This document shows, in pieces, positions 8,852 through 15,536 of a stretch of 59,526 bases of DNA. Below the pieces are notes generated by a model, which ran no database searches, was not told where the DNA came from, and saw nothing but the letters and a program-made list of their open reading frames with translations. The DNA is from a virus. Taxonomy: Duplodnaviria; Caudoviricetes. The position numbers and the translations under genes were made by a program. The stretch covers positions 1 through 59,526 of the IMG/VR virus record IMGVR_UViG_3300008108_000206. One strand, 5' to 3'. Within the stretch, counting starts at the first letter, position 1. Each line of letters begins with the position of its first letter.

Positions 8852-8904
8852 ACACTGCTACCAGCGGCACAGGGGGTTGACACCCCCTTTTTTTGTGCTA
8901 TGAT
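8849..8904 (+). promoter_or_regulatory. degenerate palindrome + sigma70 promoter unit 3
   Basis: ...GACACTGCTACCAGCGGCAC ending at 8870; TTGACA at 8877; TGc-TATGAT at 8899. Confidence 0.7.
8871..8894 (+). terminator. intrinsic terminator with the -35 box in its loop
   Basis: AGGGGGT-TGAC-ACCCCCT followed by a T run. Confidence 0.75.
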
Positions 8905-8933
8905 ATGGGGGTAGTCAAGGGAGAGACCCTTCT

Positions 8934-9134
8934 ATGACCAAACCAGTTTTCGTAAAAAAGAAGCCTTTTCCGCAAGGCTCCGCAATGCCATACCTTGTGC
9001 GTGGTATTGTAAACTCAAATCGTGTCGAATTGATCGACCGTCGTACCAGTTTCCGCATCGGCATCTATCCTAATGAGGAATGTGCGTATGAAGCACGTCG
9101 TTTTCAACTGATGAGGGAAGGTTATGAAGTGTGA
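8934..9134 (+). CDS. hypothetical basic protein
   Basis: First ORF after unit 3. Confidence 0.65.
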   Translation: MTKPVFVKKKPFPQGSAMPYLVRGIVNSNRVELIDRRTSFRIGIYPNEECAYEARRFQLMREGYEV

Positions 9135-9267
9135 AGTGCAGCTCTATGTCTCTGGTACAGTATTTTATGAGACTGTGATTGCCAGAGATTATAAAGAAGC
9201 AAAAGAGGTTGCTCTTGCTCGTAATCCTAATGCTAAAGTAATTGCTGTCACTGCTAAATTTCAATGA
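9124..9267 (+). CDS. small cyanophage-type protein
   Basis: MKCEVQLYVSGTVFYETVIARDYKEAKEVALARNPNAKVIAVTAKFQ. Confidence 0.75.
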   Translation: MKCEVQLYVSGTVFYETVIARDYKEAKEVALARNPNAKVIAVTAKFQ

Positions 9268-9428
9268 ATCTATCACCACAAGAAATTACTTACCTTATGA
9301 CTGCTATGCAGAATGTAAGTACAAAACTTGAAGCAATGTTTCAACAACAATGTCAATGTGATTCGAGGCAACTCTATGCTAAACTATATGATGCTTGGGA
9401 AACTCTGGTATTCGATCATGCAAACTGA
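9264..9428 (+). CDS. hypothetical protein
   Basis: MNLSPQEITYLMTAMQ...; ATGA overlap. Confidence 0.6.
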   Translation: MNLSPQEITYLMTAMQNVSTKLEAMFQQQCQCDSRQLYAKLYDAWETLVFDHAN

Positions 9429-9540
9429 ATCTACACCACAAGAAGAACTACCCATTGATGATCTATTCATGATGGCATTAGAAGAAAAAGCTGCAGAGCT
9501 TGAAATTACTGTGGATTATTACATGGCTGAATTCATGTAA
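9418..9540 (+). CDS. small acidic cyanophage-type protein
   Basis: LEEKAAELEITVDYYMAEFM. Confidence 0.7.
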   Translation: MQTESTPQEELPIDDLFMMALEEKAAELEITVDYYMAEFM

Positions 9541-9571
9541 TCTAAATACTAGTTGTCCCTACTATTCTCAC

Positions 9572-9724
9572 ATGGCAGCGAACATTGATCAAGCAAATGC
9601 TCTTATTGGTGAATTAAAAGAAACCATAAAGCAATTGCAACAAAAGAATACTGAACTCCAAGAACAAATCACTATGCTAACTGATGAATTAGATCACAAC
9701 CACGATAAATTCTATGATGTCTGA
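9572..9724 (+). CDS. coiled-coil hypothetical protein
   Basis: ATG 9572, downstream of TCTAAATA (9541). Confidence 0.6.
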   Translation: MAANIDQANALIGELKETIKQLQQKNTELQEQITMLTDELDHNHDKFYDV

Positions 9725-9977
9725 TTTAATTGTTGATCTCGATAATCATCTAAAACATGGTCATGTCTATCTGGTTGAACTAGAAACTGAATGGCAAGAT
9801 CATCCAGATGAAGCACCAGGCAGTATTACTGTTGATGTTTATGTAATTGCTTCTAATTGGCATTTAGCACAACACATTGCTGCCTCTATGTACCCTGACG
9901 CCATTAATCTTTATACTCATGAAGATCCAATCACCGAATACGCATATGCTGCCCGAAGGAACAGAGGTATATTATAA
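9717..9977 (+). CDS. hypothetical protein
   Basis: ORF track; DVYVIASN...MYPD. Confidence 0.7.
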   Translation: MSDLIVDLDNHLKHGHVYLVELETEWQDHPDEAPGSITVDVYVIASNWHLAQHIAASMYPDAINLYTHEDPITEYAYAARRNRGIL

Positions 9978-10137
9978 TGGTATGTATGGTGTAGTTCGCT
10001 TTACCTGCGAACAATACATGACTGTATGTGTTCGCAAATTTCCTGATGATCCACGTAGAGATGTGTGTATCCTCGTGTATCCTACTCAAACTGATCTAAT
10101 TGAACTTGTAAACGGTAACCATTCCCACGAACGATGA
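9946..10137 (+). CDS. hypothetical protein
   Basis: MLPEGTEVYYNGMYGVVRFTCEQYMTVCV. Confidence 0.65.
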   Translation: MLPEGTEVYYNGMYGVVRFTCEQYMTVCVRKFPDDPRRDVCILVYPTQTDLIELVNGNHSHER

Positions 10138-10337
10138 CTTATTTTTCTGATTTTGAATCAACTGAATACTATTATAATGATGAACAACTGAGGAAATCTA
10201 TCCTGCAACAAGCAGATGATATGTACCTTGAACCCAGTTTGGAAACTGTCCCAGATGACCTCTTCGATGAGCTTGATCTACCCTATTATATTGAAGCTCA
10301 TAACAACTCTTGGCTTACAGCAGAATCTATCGCATGA
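10134..10337 (+). CDS. acidic hypothetical protein
   Basis: ORF track; ATGA overlap. Confidence 0.65.
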   Translation: MTYFSDFESTEYYYNDEQLRKSILQQADDMYLEPSLETVPDDLFDELDLPYYIEAHNNSWLTAESIA

Positions 10338-10495
10338 AAGCACTCCACGATCTTACAATTAAATTAGATACAACTCTACAGCACACTACTGAATCAATTA
10401 AAGATCGTGGATACGAATACTCCTATGGCTATCTACAAGCACAACTGCAAGAGACCAACGCTATCCTGAAAGCACTCTTGACACTTTCCAAATAA
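10334..10495 (+). CDS. hypothetical protein
   Basis: ATG 10334 (ATGA overlap); RGYEYSYGYL. Confidence 0.6.
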   Translation: MKALHDLTIKLDTTLQHTTESIKDRGYEYSYGYLQAQLQETNAILKALLTLSK

Positions 10496-10531
10496 TCTGC
10501 TAAACTCTTACTACATCATTGGAGATTCAAC

Positions 10532-10762
10532 ATGAACACCGAACTTATGTACGTTGTCATTGACAACACTGCTATCGCTATCGATTTCACTGGTACTCCC
10601 GTTCAGTGTCAACTCATTCATCAAGATGACATTGAATACGTTGATTGGGATTCTGCTGACCCTATTGACTGGTTGGACCTTACCCCAGATCAATATCAAG
10701 TCTACAAACAAACTGTAGATTTCCTCCATCAGTTCACCCAACAACCAATGTACATCAAATGA
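10532..10762 (+). CDS. acidic hypothetical protein
   Basis: GGAG SD; ORF track. Confidence 0.7.
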   Translation: MNTELMYVVIDNTAIAIDFTGTPVQCQLIHQDDIEYVDWDSADPIDWLDLTPDQYQVYKQTVDFLHQFTQQPMYIK

Positions 10763-10998
10763 CTAAACTCTCCAAAGTTGTAGTAACTCACGCTAAACAA
10801 CTCCTTACCATAACAGAAGATCTTAAAGTAATCCCTAAACAAAATATTACACCAAGAGAATATCAACTCTTCTGGACTTATCATGGTAAGTTCCCACAAG
10901 AATTTACTCAAGCTATTATTGATTCCCTCCCTCCAGATTATGATTTCGTTTCCTATAACCATCTCACTAATACACTGGAGGTCCACCCTCATGTCTAA
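10759..10998 (+). CDS. hypothetical protein
   Basis: ORF track; ATGA overlap. Confidence 0.65.
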   Translation: MTKLSKVVVTHAKQLLTITEDLKVIPKQNITPREYQLFWTYHGKFPQEFTQAIIDSLPPDYDFVSYNHLTNTLEVHPHV

Positions 10999-11215
10999 TA
11001 AAAGAAAAACTAAAGAAGAAAAAGAATTTGAATCTGTATCTAAACAATCAGATAACATACTAGAATACATGCAAGATAGATTCCATACTCTCATGCAAGA
11101 AGATCGTATGGATGATGCTATCGCTATTGGTGATGAATTCATTGAATGGATGAAAGGTGATGATGATGAAATCTACCTATACTACAATGAACATGAACTA
11201 AAAGAACTACTATAA
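10991..11215 (+). CDS. cyanophage-type hypothetical protein
   Basis: GGAGG SD; EDRMDDAIAIGDEFIEW. Confidence 0.7.
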   Translation: MSNKRKTKEEKEFESVSKQSDNILEYMQDRFHTLMQEDRMDDAIAIGDEFIEWMKGDDDEIYLYYNEHELKELL

Positions 11216-11220
11216 TCATA

Positions 11221-11266
11221 GTTTTCCACAGGATACGGAACAATTGTGGAAAAACCTGTGGAAAAC
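11221..11266. promoter_or_regulatory. cluster of three TTTTCCACA (cyanobacterial-type DnaA box) sites
   Basis: TTTTCCACA 11222-11230 (+); TGTGGAAAA 11245-11253 and 11257-11265 (-); 12-bp inverted repeat GTTTTCCACAGG/CCTGTGGAAAAC; AT-rich tract follows. Confidence 0.5.
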
Positions 11267-11430
11267 TCTTATATTAATAAATGTTTAAAAAAATATACTT
11301 GTGTTTTGTATTCAACACATTATACTATGAGTAAATTACCTTTATTTCGAGTTTGACAGTGGAAATGTTCTGAAATGTACGGAGGTGTTGTTGTCTTAGC
11401 ACGCCTGCTACCGAATTGTCAAGTCATTAT

Positions 11431-11544
11431 GTGCCAGTCCTCAAAGTGTCACAGAGCCCCTTGACAACACACTGTCAACCTCTCTTGTGCCAGTTTTATC
11501 AGTGTCACAGTGGGCTTGACAACCTCCAAGATCTCGGATATACT
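11431..11544 (+). promoter_or_regulatory. tandem palindrome/promoter units 4a and 4b
   Basis: GTGCCAGTCCTCAAAGTGTCAC (11431-11452) + TTGACA 11461; GTGCCAGTTTTATCAGTGTCAC (11487-11508) + TTGACA 11516, 17-bp spacer, TATACT 11539. Confidence 0.8.
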
Positions 11545-11578
11545 GTGTGTATGGAAATGAGGGAATTCCCAAATTTCC

Positions 11579-11687
11579 AAAAACTCAAAAAAAGCAAAAA
11601 ACGAGAAAATCAAAAAAGTCAAATTTTAAGATTTTTAAGTTTTTGAGTTTTTTGAGAAATGTAAATCTTAACCTTTAACCATTAACC
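11579..11687 (+). repeat. A-tract/T-tract inverted-repeat leader, copy 1
   Basis: AAAAACTCAAAAA (11579-11591) / TTTTTGAGTTTTT (11640-11652); shares AAAAAGTCAAATTTT and TTTAACCATTAACC with copy 2. Confidence 0.6.
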
Positions 11688-11689
11688 TA

Positions 11690-11926
11690 ATGACTAACAT
11701 CACAAACATTGATTCTTCTGCTATTGACAATATCACTGTTAATGAAGGTATTGTAAGTATTACCTATAAGAGCAGTGGTAAAGAGTATAACTATGCTCTT
11801 AATGGTATTACTGTAGAGGATTTTGTAAATACTCTGCAGAATGTCATTGAAACCAACCAAAGTGTTGGTCGTTTTGTGAACAAAGCGATCCGAGAGGATC
11901 AAACTCTGCAAATTATGGCAGTTTGA
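11690..11926 (+). CDS. KTSC-like domain protein (paralog of 16005..16277)
   Basis: DSSAI...VSITYKSSGKEYNY...SVGRFVNKAIR. Confidence 0.6.
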   Translation: MTNITNIDSSAIDNITVNEGIVSITYKSSGKEYNYALNGITVEDFVNTLQNVIETNQSVGRFVNKAIREDQTLQIMAV

Positions 11927-11975
11927 ACCTAAATATTACAAAAAAGTAACAAAAAGGAATCGAAACTGATTAAAA

Positions 11976-12140
11976 ATGGCAAAGAGCACTCGTAAGTATA
12001 CAGAATCTTTCAAAGATCTGAACCTTGAGGATGATTATGAGGACTTCGGATATGAAGTTCAGAATCAGAAACGTTATTCCACAAGGAACAAACGTCAATC
12101 CAAATTCAAGGACTACGATGAACACGTTGACTGGGATTGA
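11976..12140 (+). CDS. small highly charged hypothetical protein
   Basis: MAKSTRKYTESFKDLNLEDDYEDFGYEV...; followed by a terminator. Confidence 0.65.
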   Translation: MAKSTRKYTESFKDLNLEDDYEDFGYEVQNQKRYSTRNKRQSKFKDYDEHVDWD

Positions 12141-12149
12141 ATAATATTT

Positions 12150-12173
12150 GGGAGCAGAGATGCTCCCTTTTTT
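12150..12173 (+). terminator. intrinsic terminator
   Basis: GGGAGCA-GAGA-TGCTCCC followed by TTTTTT. Confidence 0.85.
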
Positions 12174-12219
12174 ATTCACTTTCCATTGTATATTAAATGC
12201 TGTCTGGTGGGATGACACC

Positions 12220-12277
12220 TGGACAGTTCCAGAGGTGGCACAGAGGGGCTTGTAGGGGGCTCTGGTGGCTGTATTGT
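12220..12277 (+). promoter_or_regulatory. palindrome + early promoter unit 5
   Basis: TGGACAGTTCCAGAGGTGGCAC (12220-12241); TTGTAG at 12250; TATTGT at 12272. The leader GAGTCGTCAGGGATC is identical to that of unit 1. Confidence 0.65.
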
Positions 12278-12306
12278 AAGGGAGTCGTCAGGGATCAAAC
12301 CCCTCA

Positions 12307-12480
12307 ATGGACAACTACTTCAACACCAGCATCATTGCCCGCCACGAGCATCGTATTGAGCTGATGAATGGCATGGCTGAGTTTGCCAATTTTATGATGT
12401 CTCTCACCTGCATACTGTCAGAATCTGACAAGGTGTGGTATGATGAGATGAAGAAATCCAACATTTGTTACGACGTATGA
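12307..12480 (+). CDS. hypothetical early protein
   Basis: 57-aa ORF MDNYFNTSIIARHEHRIELMNGMAEF... Confidence 0.6.
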   Translation: MDNYFNTSIIARHEHRIELMNGMAEFANFMMSLTCILSESDKVWYDEMKKSNICYDV

Positions 12481-12605
12481 CAGTTGACACTTTAGGCTTT
12501 GGTGGTGACGCCATCACCATGGTAGGCTTTGTGGGGGTGGTTGCCACCCTCTTTATCCTCGTTACAATCTTTCGATCCTACAACAATTCACCACTTCGGA
12601 AATGA
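12477..12605 (+). CDS. 42-aa single-TM protein
   Basis: MTVDTLGFGGDAITMVGFVGVVATLFILVTIFRSYNNSPLRK; ATGA-coupled. Confidence 0.65.
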   Translation: MTVDTLGFGGDAITMVGFVGVVATLFILVTIFRSYNNSPLRK

Positions 12606-12775
12606 ATCGCAAAGAACTTCAAGATGCTATGGTTCAGCAAATGCTGGATGACATGGATCTCAAGACAATGACCTGCCTTTGTTATGATTATCTGATGGAG
12701 GGTTATGATAAGTACAGTGACAACGAACTTAGGAATGAGGTAATTGAGTATTATCCTGAATTGTTGGATAATTGA
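12602..12775 (+). CDS. small acidic cyanophage-type protein
   Basis: MNRKELQDAMVQQMLDDMDLKT...EVIEYYPELLDN. Confidence 0.7.
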   Translation: MNRKELQDAMVQQMLDDMDLKTMTCLCYDYLMEGYDKYSDNELRNEVIEYYPELLDN

Positions 12776-12794
12776 AAAACTGAAAAAGTAAGAA

Positions 12795-12896
12795 ATCTCA
12801 AAAAGTCAAATTTTTAAAAAACTTAATTATTTGACTTTTTGAGATAATTAGAATAGTTAATTTTTAAAAATTAACATTTAACCATTAACCATTAAC
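12795..12896 (+). repeat. A-tract/T-tract inverted-repeat leader, copy 2
   Basis: Perfect 17-bp IR ATCTCAAAAAGTCAAAT (12795-12811) / ATTTGACTTTTTGAGAT (12829-12845); 20-bp palindrome GTTAATTTTTAAAAATTAAC (12856-12875); TTAACCATTAACCATTAAC. Confidence 0.7.
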
Positions 12897-12903
12897 ATTC
12901 TTT

Positions 12904-13029
12904 ATGGAAGAGAATCAATTCATTGATTATTACAATCAAGAACTACTATACTATAAAGAATACAATCAAGAATATGAATATGATGACTATAGTATAGGAG
13001 AGAGTATAGAATATACTACAGCAGAGTAG
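12904..13029 (+). CDS. Tyr/Glu-rich acidic peptide
   Basis: MEENQFIDYYNQELLYYKEYNQEYEYDDYSIGESIEYTTAE. Confidence 0.4.
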   Translation: MEENQFIDYYNQELLYYKEYNQEYEYDDYSIGESIEYTTAE

Positions 13030-13070
13030 TATATTACAACAAACCACTGTTCTTTATTCAATTTGAGCCA

Positions 13071-13250
13071 ATGAATGACACCAAACTGATGATTTCAACT
13101 CTTCGTCAAGGTAAAACTGGTGAAGAGATTCTTCGAATTCTTGATGCTATCACTGACAATCCTGTGGAATCAGTGATGCAAACTGTTGTGGCAGTTGGTG
13201 ACACAATCAGTTCAAGTGTTCATCCTACACTAGAAGAGATCGCATTCTAG
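13071..13250 (+). CDS. hypothetical protein
   Basis: MNDTKLMISTLRQGKTGEEILRILDAI...; ends just before unit 6. Confidence 0.65.
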   Translation: MNDTKLMISTLRQGKTGEEILRILDAITDNPVESVMQTVVAVGDTISSSVHPTLEEIAF

Positions 13251-13257
13251 TTACTGT

Positions 13258-13315
13258 GTGCCACTTCTTTTAGTGGCACATTAACTTACCATTTCGATCT
13301 GTGGGGTGGTATTGT
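13258..13315 (+). promoter_or_regulatory. palindrome + early promoter unit 6
   Basis: Perfect arms GTGCCACT-TCTTTT-AGTGGCAC (13258-13279); TGG-TATTGT at 13310; 5' hairpin TGTGGTT-GAGAA-AACCACA. Confidence 0.75.
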
Positions 13316-13365
13316 AGTTGTGTGGTTGAGAAAACCACATTTTTCACCCCAATCTTTTTCCACAA

Positions 13366-13689
13366 GTGAACAGCTACTCTTTCCCTCCTGCTGATGATCT
13401 GGTTTCGGTACTTTCTGAAATAGATTATCAGAAACACTTCAACAAATACATGGACATTGTTGAAACTGTTGTGATGTACATTGCAGCAATTTGTGTAGTT
13501 ATCTGGGAGCGTCTTCAAACTATGAAATTCAAGACACCAGATCTTATCACAAACTGGTTTTACTTTAGTGTTAATTTTATTGGTGAGCCTGGTGATGAGA
13601 TCATCGGTCTTTCTGTGAAAGATTATTACATTGGGCTCTACGACAATTCTATCACCTGGGGCGTCCTAGATGAGCATGGTTGCCTATAG
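13366..13689 (+). CDS. hypothetical protein with one hydrophobic segment
   Basis: GTG start; fills the space between units 6 and 7. Confidence 0.65.
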   Translation: MNSYSFPPADDLVSVLSEIDYQKHFNKYMDIVETVVMYIAAICVVIWERLQTMKFKTPDLITNWFYFSVNFIGEPGDEIIGLSVKDYYIGLYDNSITWGVLDEHGCL

Positions 13690-13692
13690 TTT

Positions 13693-13779
13693 GTGACACT
13701 TGTTTTAGTGGCACAGTAAATGAGCACTGTGCCACAGATCTGGTATTGTTCTTTCTGTTGAGACATTTACAACACCATG
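13693..13779 (+). repeat. ~85-bp promoter cassette copy A (unit 7)
   Basis: GTGACACTTGTTTTAGTGGCAC...AAATGAGCAC...AGATCTGGTATTGTTCTTTCTGTTGAGACA...ATG. Confidence 0.85.
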
Positions 13780-13926
13780 GAAACTAAACTCTGGGTTGTT
13801 ACACTTGAGATCGAGATTGATGCTAACTCTCACCCTCGAAAGTTTGTTCCTGATGCTATCAATGAGTGTTTGAATCTTGATCAAGGTGAAGACATTATTG
13901 ATTACAAATTTGTCTGCCTTGATTGA
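13777..13926 (+). CDS. hypothetical early protein
   Basis: METKLWVVTLEIEIDANSHPRKFVPDAINECL... Confidence 0.65.
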   Translation: METKLWVVTLEIEIDANSHPRKFVPDAINECLNLDQGEDIIDYKFVCLD

Positions 13927-13952
13927 TACCAACTCCATCACAAACTAACACA

Positions 13953-14162
13953 ATGACCCTTGCATTTGTCACACCTAAGAGTAACAAAGCAAAGAACCGT
14001 TTTGCTAACTTAATGGACAAACATCCTGAGTGTATTGTAGAACAAATCAAGGGAAATCGTGTGTTTTTGAGATCAAAGAATGGAAAGAACTTTTTCTGGG
14101 TTGATGTAAACAATAATGATGAATGGGGGGTGCTATTTGAGAAGATGGTGTGCCACAAATAG
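13953..14162 (+). CDS. cyanophage-type hypothetical protein
   Basis: VTPKSNKAKNRFANLM...VEQ...FLRSKNGKNFFWV. Confidence 0.75.
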   Translation: MTLAFVTPKSNKAKNRFANLMDKHPECIVEQIKGNRVFLRSKNGKNFFWVDVNNNDEWGVLFEKMVCHK

Positions 14163-14234
14163 AAGTGGCACACTAAATGAGCACAGCCCCCAAAATCTGT
14201 TATTGTTCTTTCTGTTGAGACACATCACCCCATG
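14150..14234 (+). repeat. ~85-bp promoter cassette copy B (unit 8)
   Basis: GTGCCACAAATAGAAGTGGCAC...AAATGAGCACAGC...TATTGTTCTTTCTGTTGAGACACATCACCCCATG. Confidence 0.85.
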
Positions 14235-14975
14235 ACTCTCACCTTCACCCACGGCAACGCTAAACTTAACAAGGGTACAGTTATCTTTAGTTTGCCTGCA
14301 GGATTCACCTGCCCTGGTGCTCTCGATTGTCTCTCTATGGCTGTCATAGGTGACAATGGCAAGCGTACAATTAAAGATGGCGAATTCACCAAGTTTCGCT
14401 GTTTTGCTGCATCGTCTGAAGTACAATACGATGCTTGCTATAACAATCGCCAAAACAATTTCAAAACAATTGTTCATGCTCTTCGTGAAGGTAATTGTGC
14501 TGTTGTTATCAACGAAGCACTCCAGAAAGCTCGCAAAAAATCTACAAAACTCGTTCGAATTCACGAGTCAGGAGATTTCTTCAATGCCGCCTATTTGGAG
14601 GCGTGGCTTATGGTTGCTTTGCACAATCCTGATCTGAAGTTCTACTGCTACAGCAAGAATCTCCCCCTATTTGTTAATCTTACTCTGCCTGAGAACTTCT
14701 ACCTTACTGCCAGCTATGGTGGCAAATTCGATCACATGATCGACGAAGGTGTGTTCACTCGCTATAGCAAAGTGTTCATGAACGATGATGATGCCAATGC
14801 TGCAGGGTTAGAGGTTGATCACGACGATTCTCACTGTTTTGGTGACAAACCGTTTGCACTGTTAGTGCATGGAACTCAGCCTAAAGGTAGCGAAGCAGGA
14901 AAGGCAATTAGTGCCCGTCGTAAGATTAACAAATTCGGAGGATACAATAAGAATAACAAACTGGTTGAGGTGTAA
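14232..14975 (+). CDS. GP88-family (gene product 88-like) protein
   Basis: GNAKL...FSLPAGFTCPGA..C...CFA...VRIHESGDFF...W...P.LKFYCYSK pattern. Confidence 0.7.
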   Translation: MTLTFTHGNAKLNKGTVIFSLPAGFTCPGALDCLSMAVIGDNGKRTIKDGEFTKFRCFAASSEVQYDACYNNRQNNFKTIVHALREGNCAVVINEALQKARKKSTKLVRIHESGDFFNAAYLEAWLMVALHNPDLKFYCYSKNLPLFVNLTLPENFYLTASYGGKFDHMIDEGVFTRYSKVFMNDDDANAAGLEVDHDDSHCFGDKPFALLVHGTQPKGSEAGKAISARRKINKFGGYNKNNKLVEV

Positions 14976-14986
14976 CTAACAACAAT

Positions 14987-15006
14987 GGGGGGAAAGAATT
15001 CCCCCC
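14987..15006 (+). terminator. GC hairpin after the GP88-like gene
   Basis: GGGGGGAA-AGAA-TTCCCCCC; no U-tail. Confidence 0.45.
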
Positions 15007-15019
15007 GTCAAGTTACCTT

Positions 15020-15104
15020 GTGACACTTATCTTAGTGGCACACAAAATGAGCACAGCAGCTCAGATCTGGTATTGTTCTTTCTGTTGAGACACATCACCC
15101 CATG
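15020..15104 (+). repeat. ~85-bp promoter cassette copy C (unit 9)
   Basis: GTGACACTTATCTTAGTGGCAC...AAATGAGCACAGC...AGATCTGGTATTGTTCTTTCTGTTGAGACACATCACCCCATG; the last 34 bp are identical to copy B. Confidence 0.85.
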
Positions 15105-15278
15105 TTTGCTATCACCTCCACCGAAACCTTCAATGAGGCAAATGCTGAAATCTTTGCTGATTTCGATGATGCAAACGATGCTGCATTTGACTGGTCGGTT
15201 GAACTTAGCGGGCGTCCCGTTGTTATCTGGAAGATGACCCGAACTGCACCCATTAAGTGGATGAAAGTCACCGCCTGA
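15102..15278 (+). CDS. hypothetical early protein
   Basis: MFAITSTETFNEANAEIFADFDDANDAAFDWSVEL... Confidence 0.7.
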   Translation: MFAITSTETFNEANAEIFADFDDANDAAFDWSVELSGRPVVIWKMTRTAPIKWMKVTA

Positions 15279-15311
15279 TTGTTTACACAAACCCACTCAC
15301 TTTTCTCTCAA

Positions 15312-15485
15312 ATGTTCATCACCAACGATTTCGCTAAGAAAGACCTTGCCTGCCAAATAGCAATGGCAAACTATCAGAAACAGTTGCAACGTGAGCAACA
15401 CTATCAACAGCAAGTTCGTGATGGTTTGATACCTGCACCGAACTGGAATGATACACAATCCTGGAACATTTCAGATCGGGACTAA
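15312..15485 (+). CDS. hypothetical protein
   Basis: MFITNDFAKKD...WNISDRD. Confidence 0.65.
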   Translation: MFITNDFAKKDLACQIAMANYQKQLQREQHYQQQVRDGLIPAPNWNDTQSWNISDRD

Positions 15486-15493
15486 CACGAATT

Positions 15494-15516
15494 GGGGGCA
15501 ATTTGCCCCCTTTTTT
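15494..15516 (+). terminator. intrinsic terminator
   Basis: GGGGGCAATTTGCCCCC followed by TTTTTT; near-identical hairpin GGGGGCAATCTGCCCCC at 15964-15980. Confidence 0.8.
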
Positions 15517-15536
15517 ATTATACAAACTCCCCTGGT

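Noticed and set aside
11416-11646. 76-aa ORF
   Set aside because: It overlies tandem promoters and A-tracts and has a TTG start with no RBS.
13258-15104. Repeats read as a CRISPR array
   Set aside because: The spacing is 430-870 bp, the intervals are genes, the repeats contain promoter elements, and no cas genes are present.
13693-15104. Classical integron attC sites
   Set aside because: There are no RYYYAAC/GTTRRRY ends, no long imperfect hairpin, and no integrase in the window.
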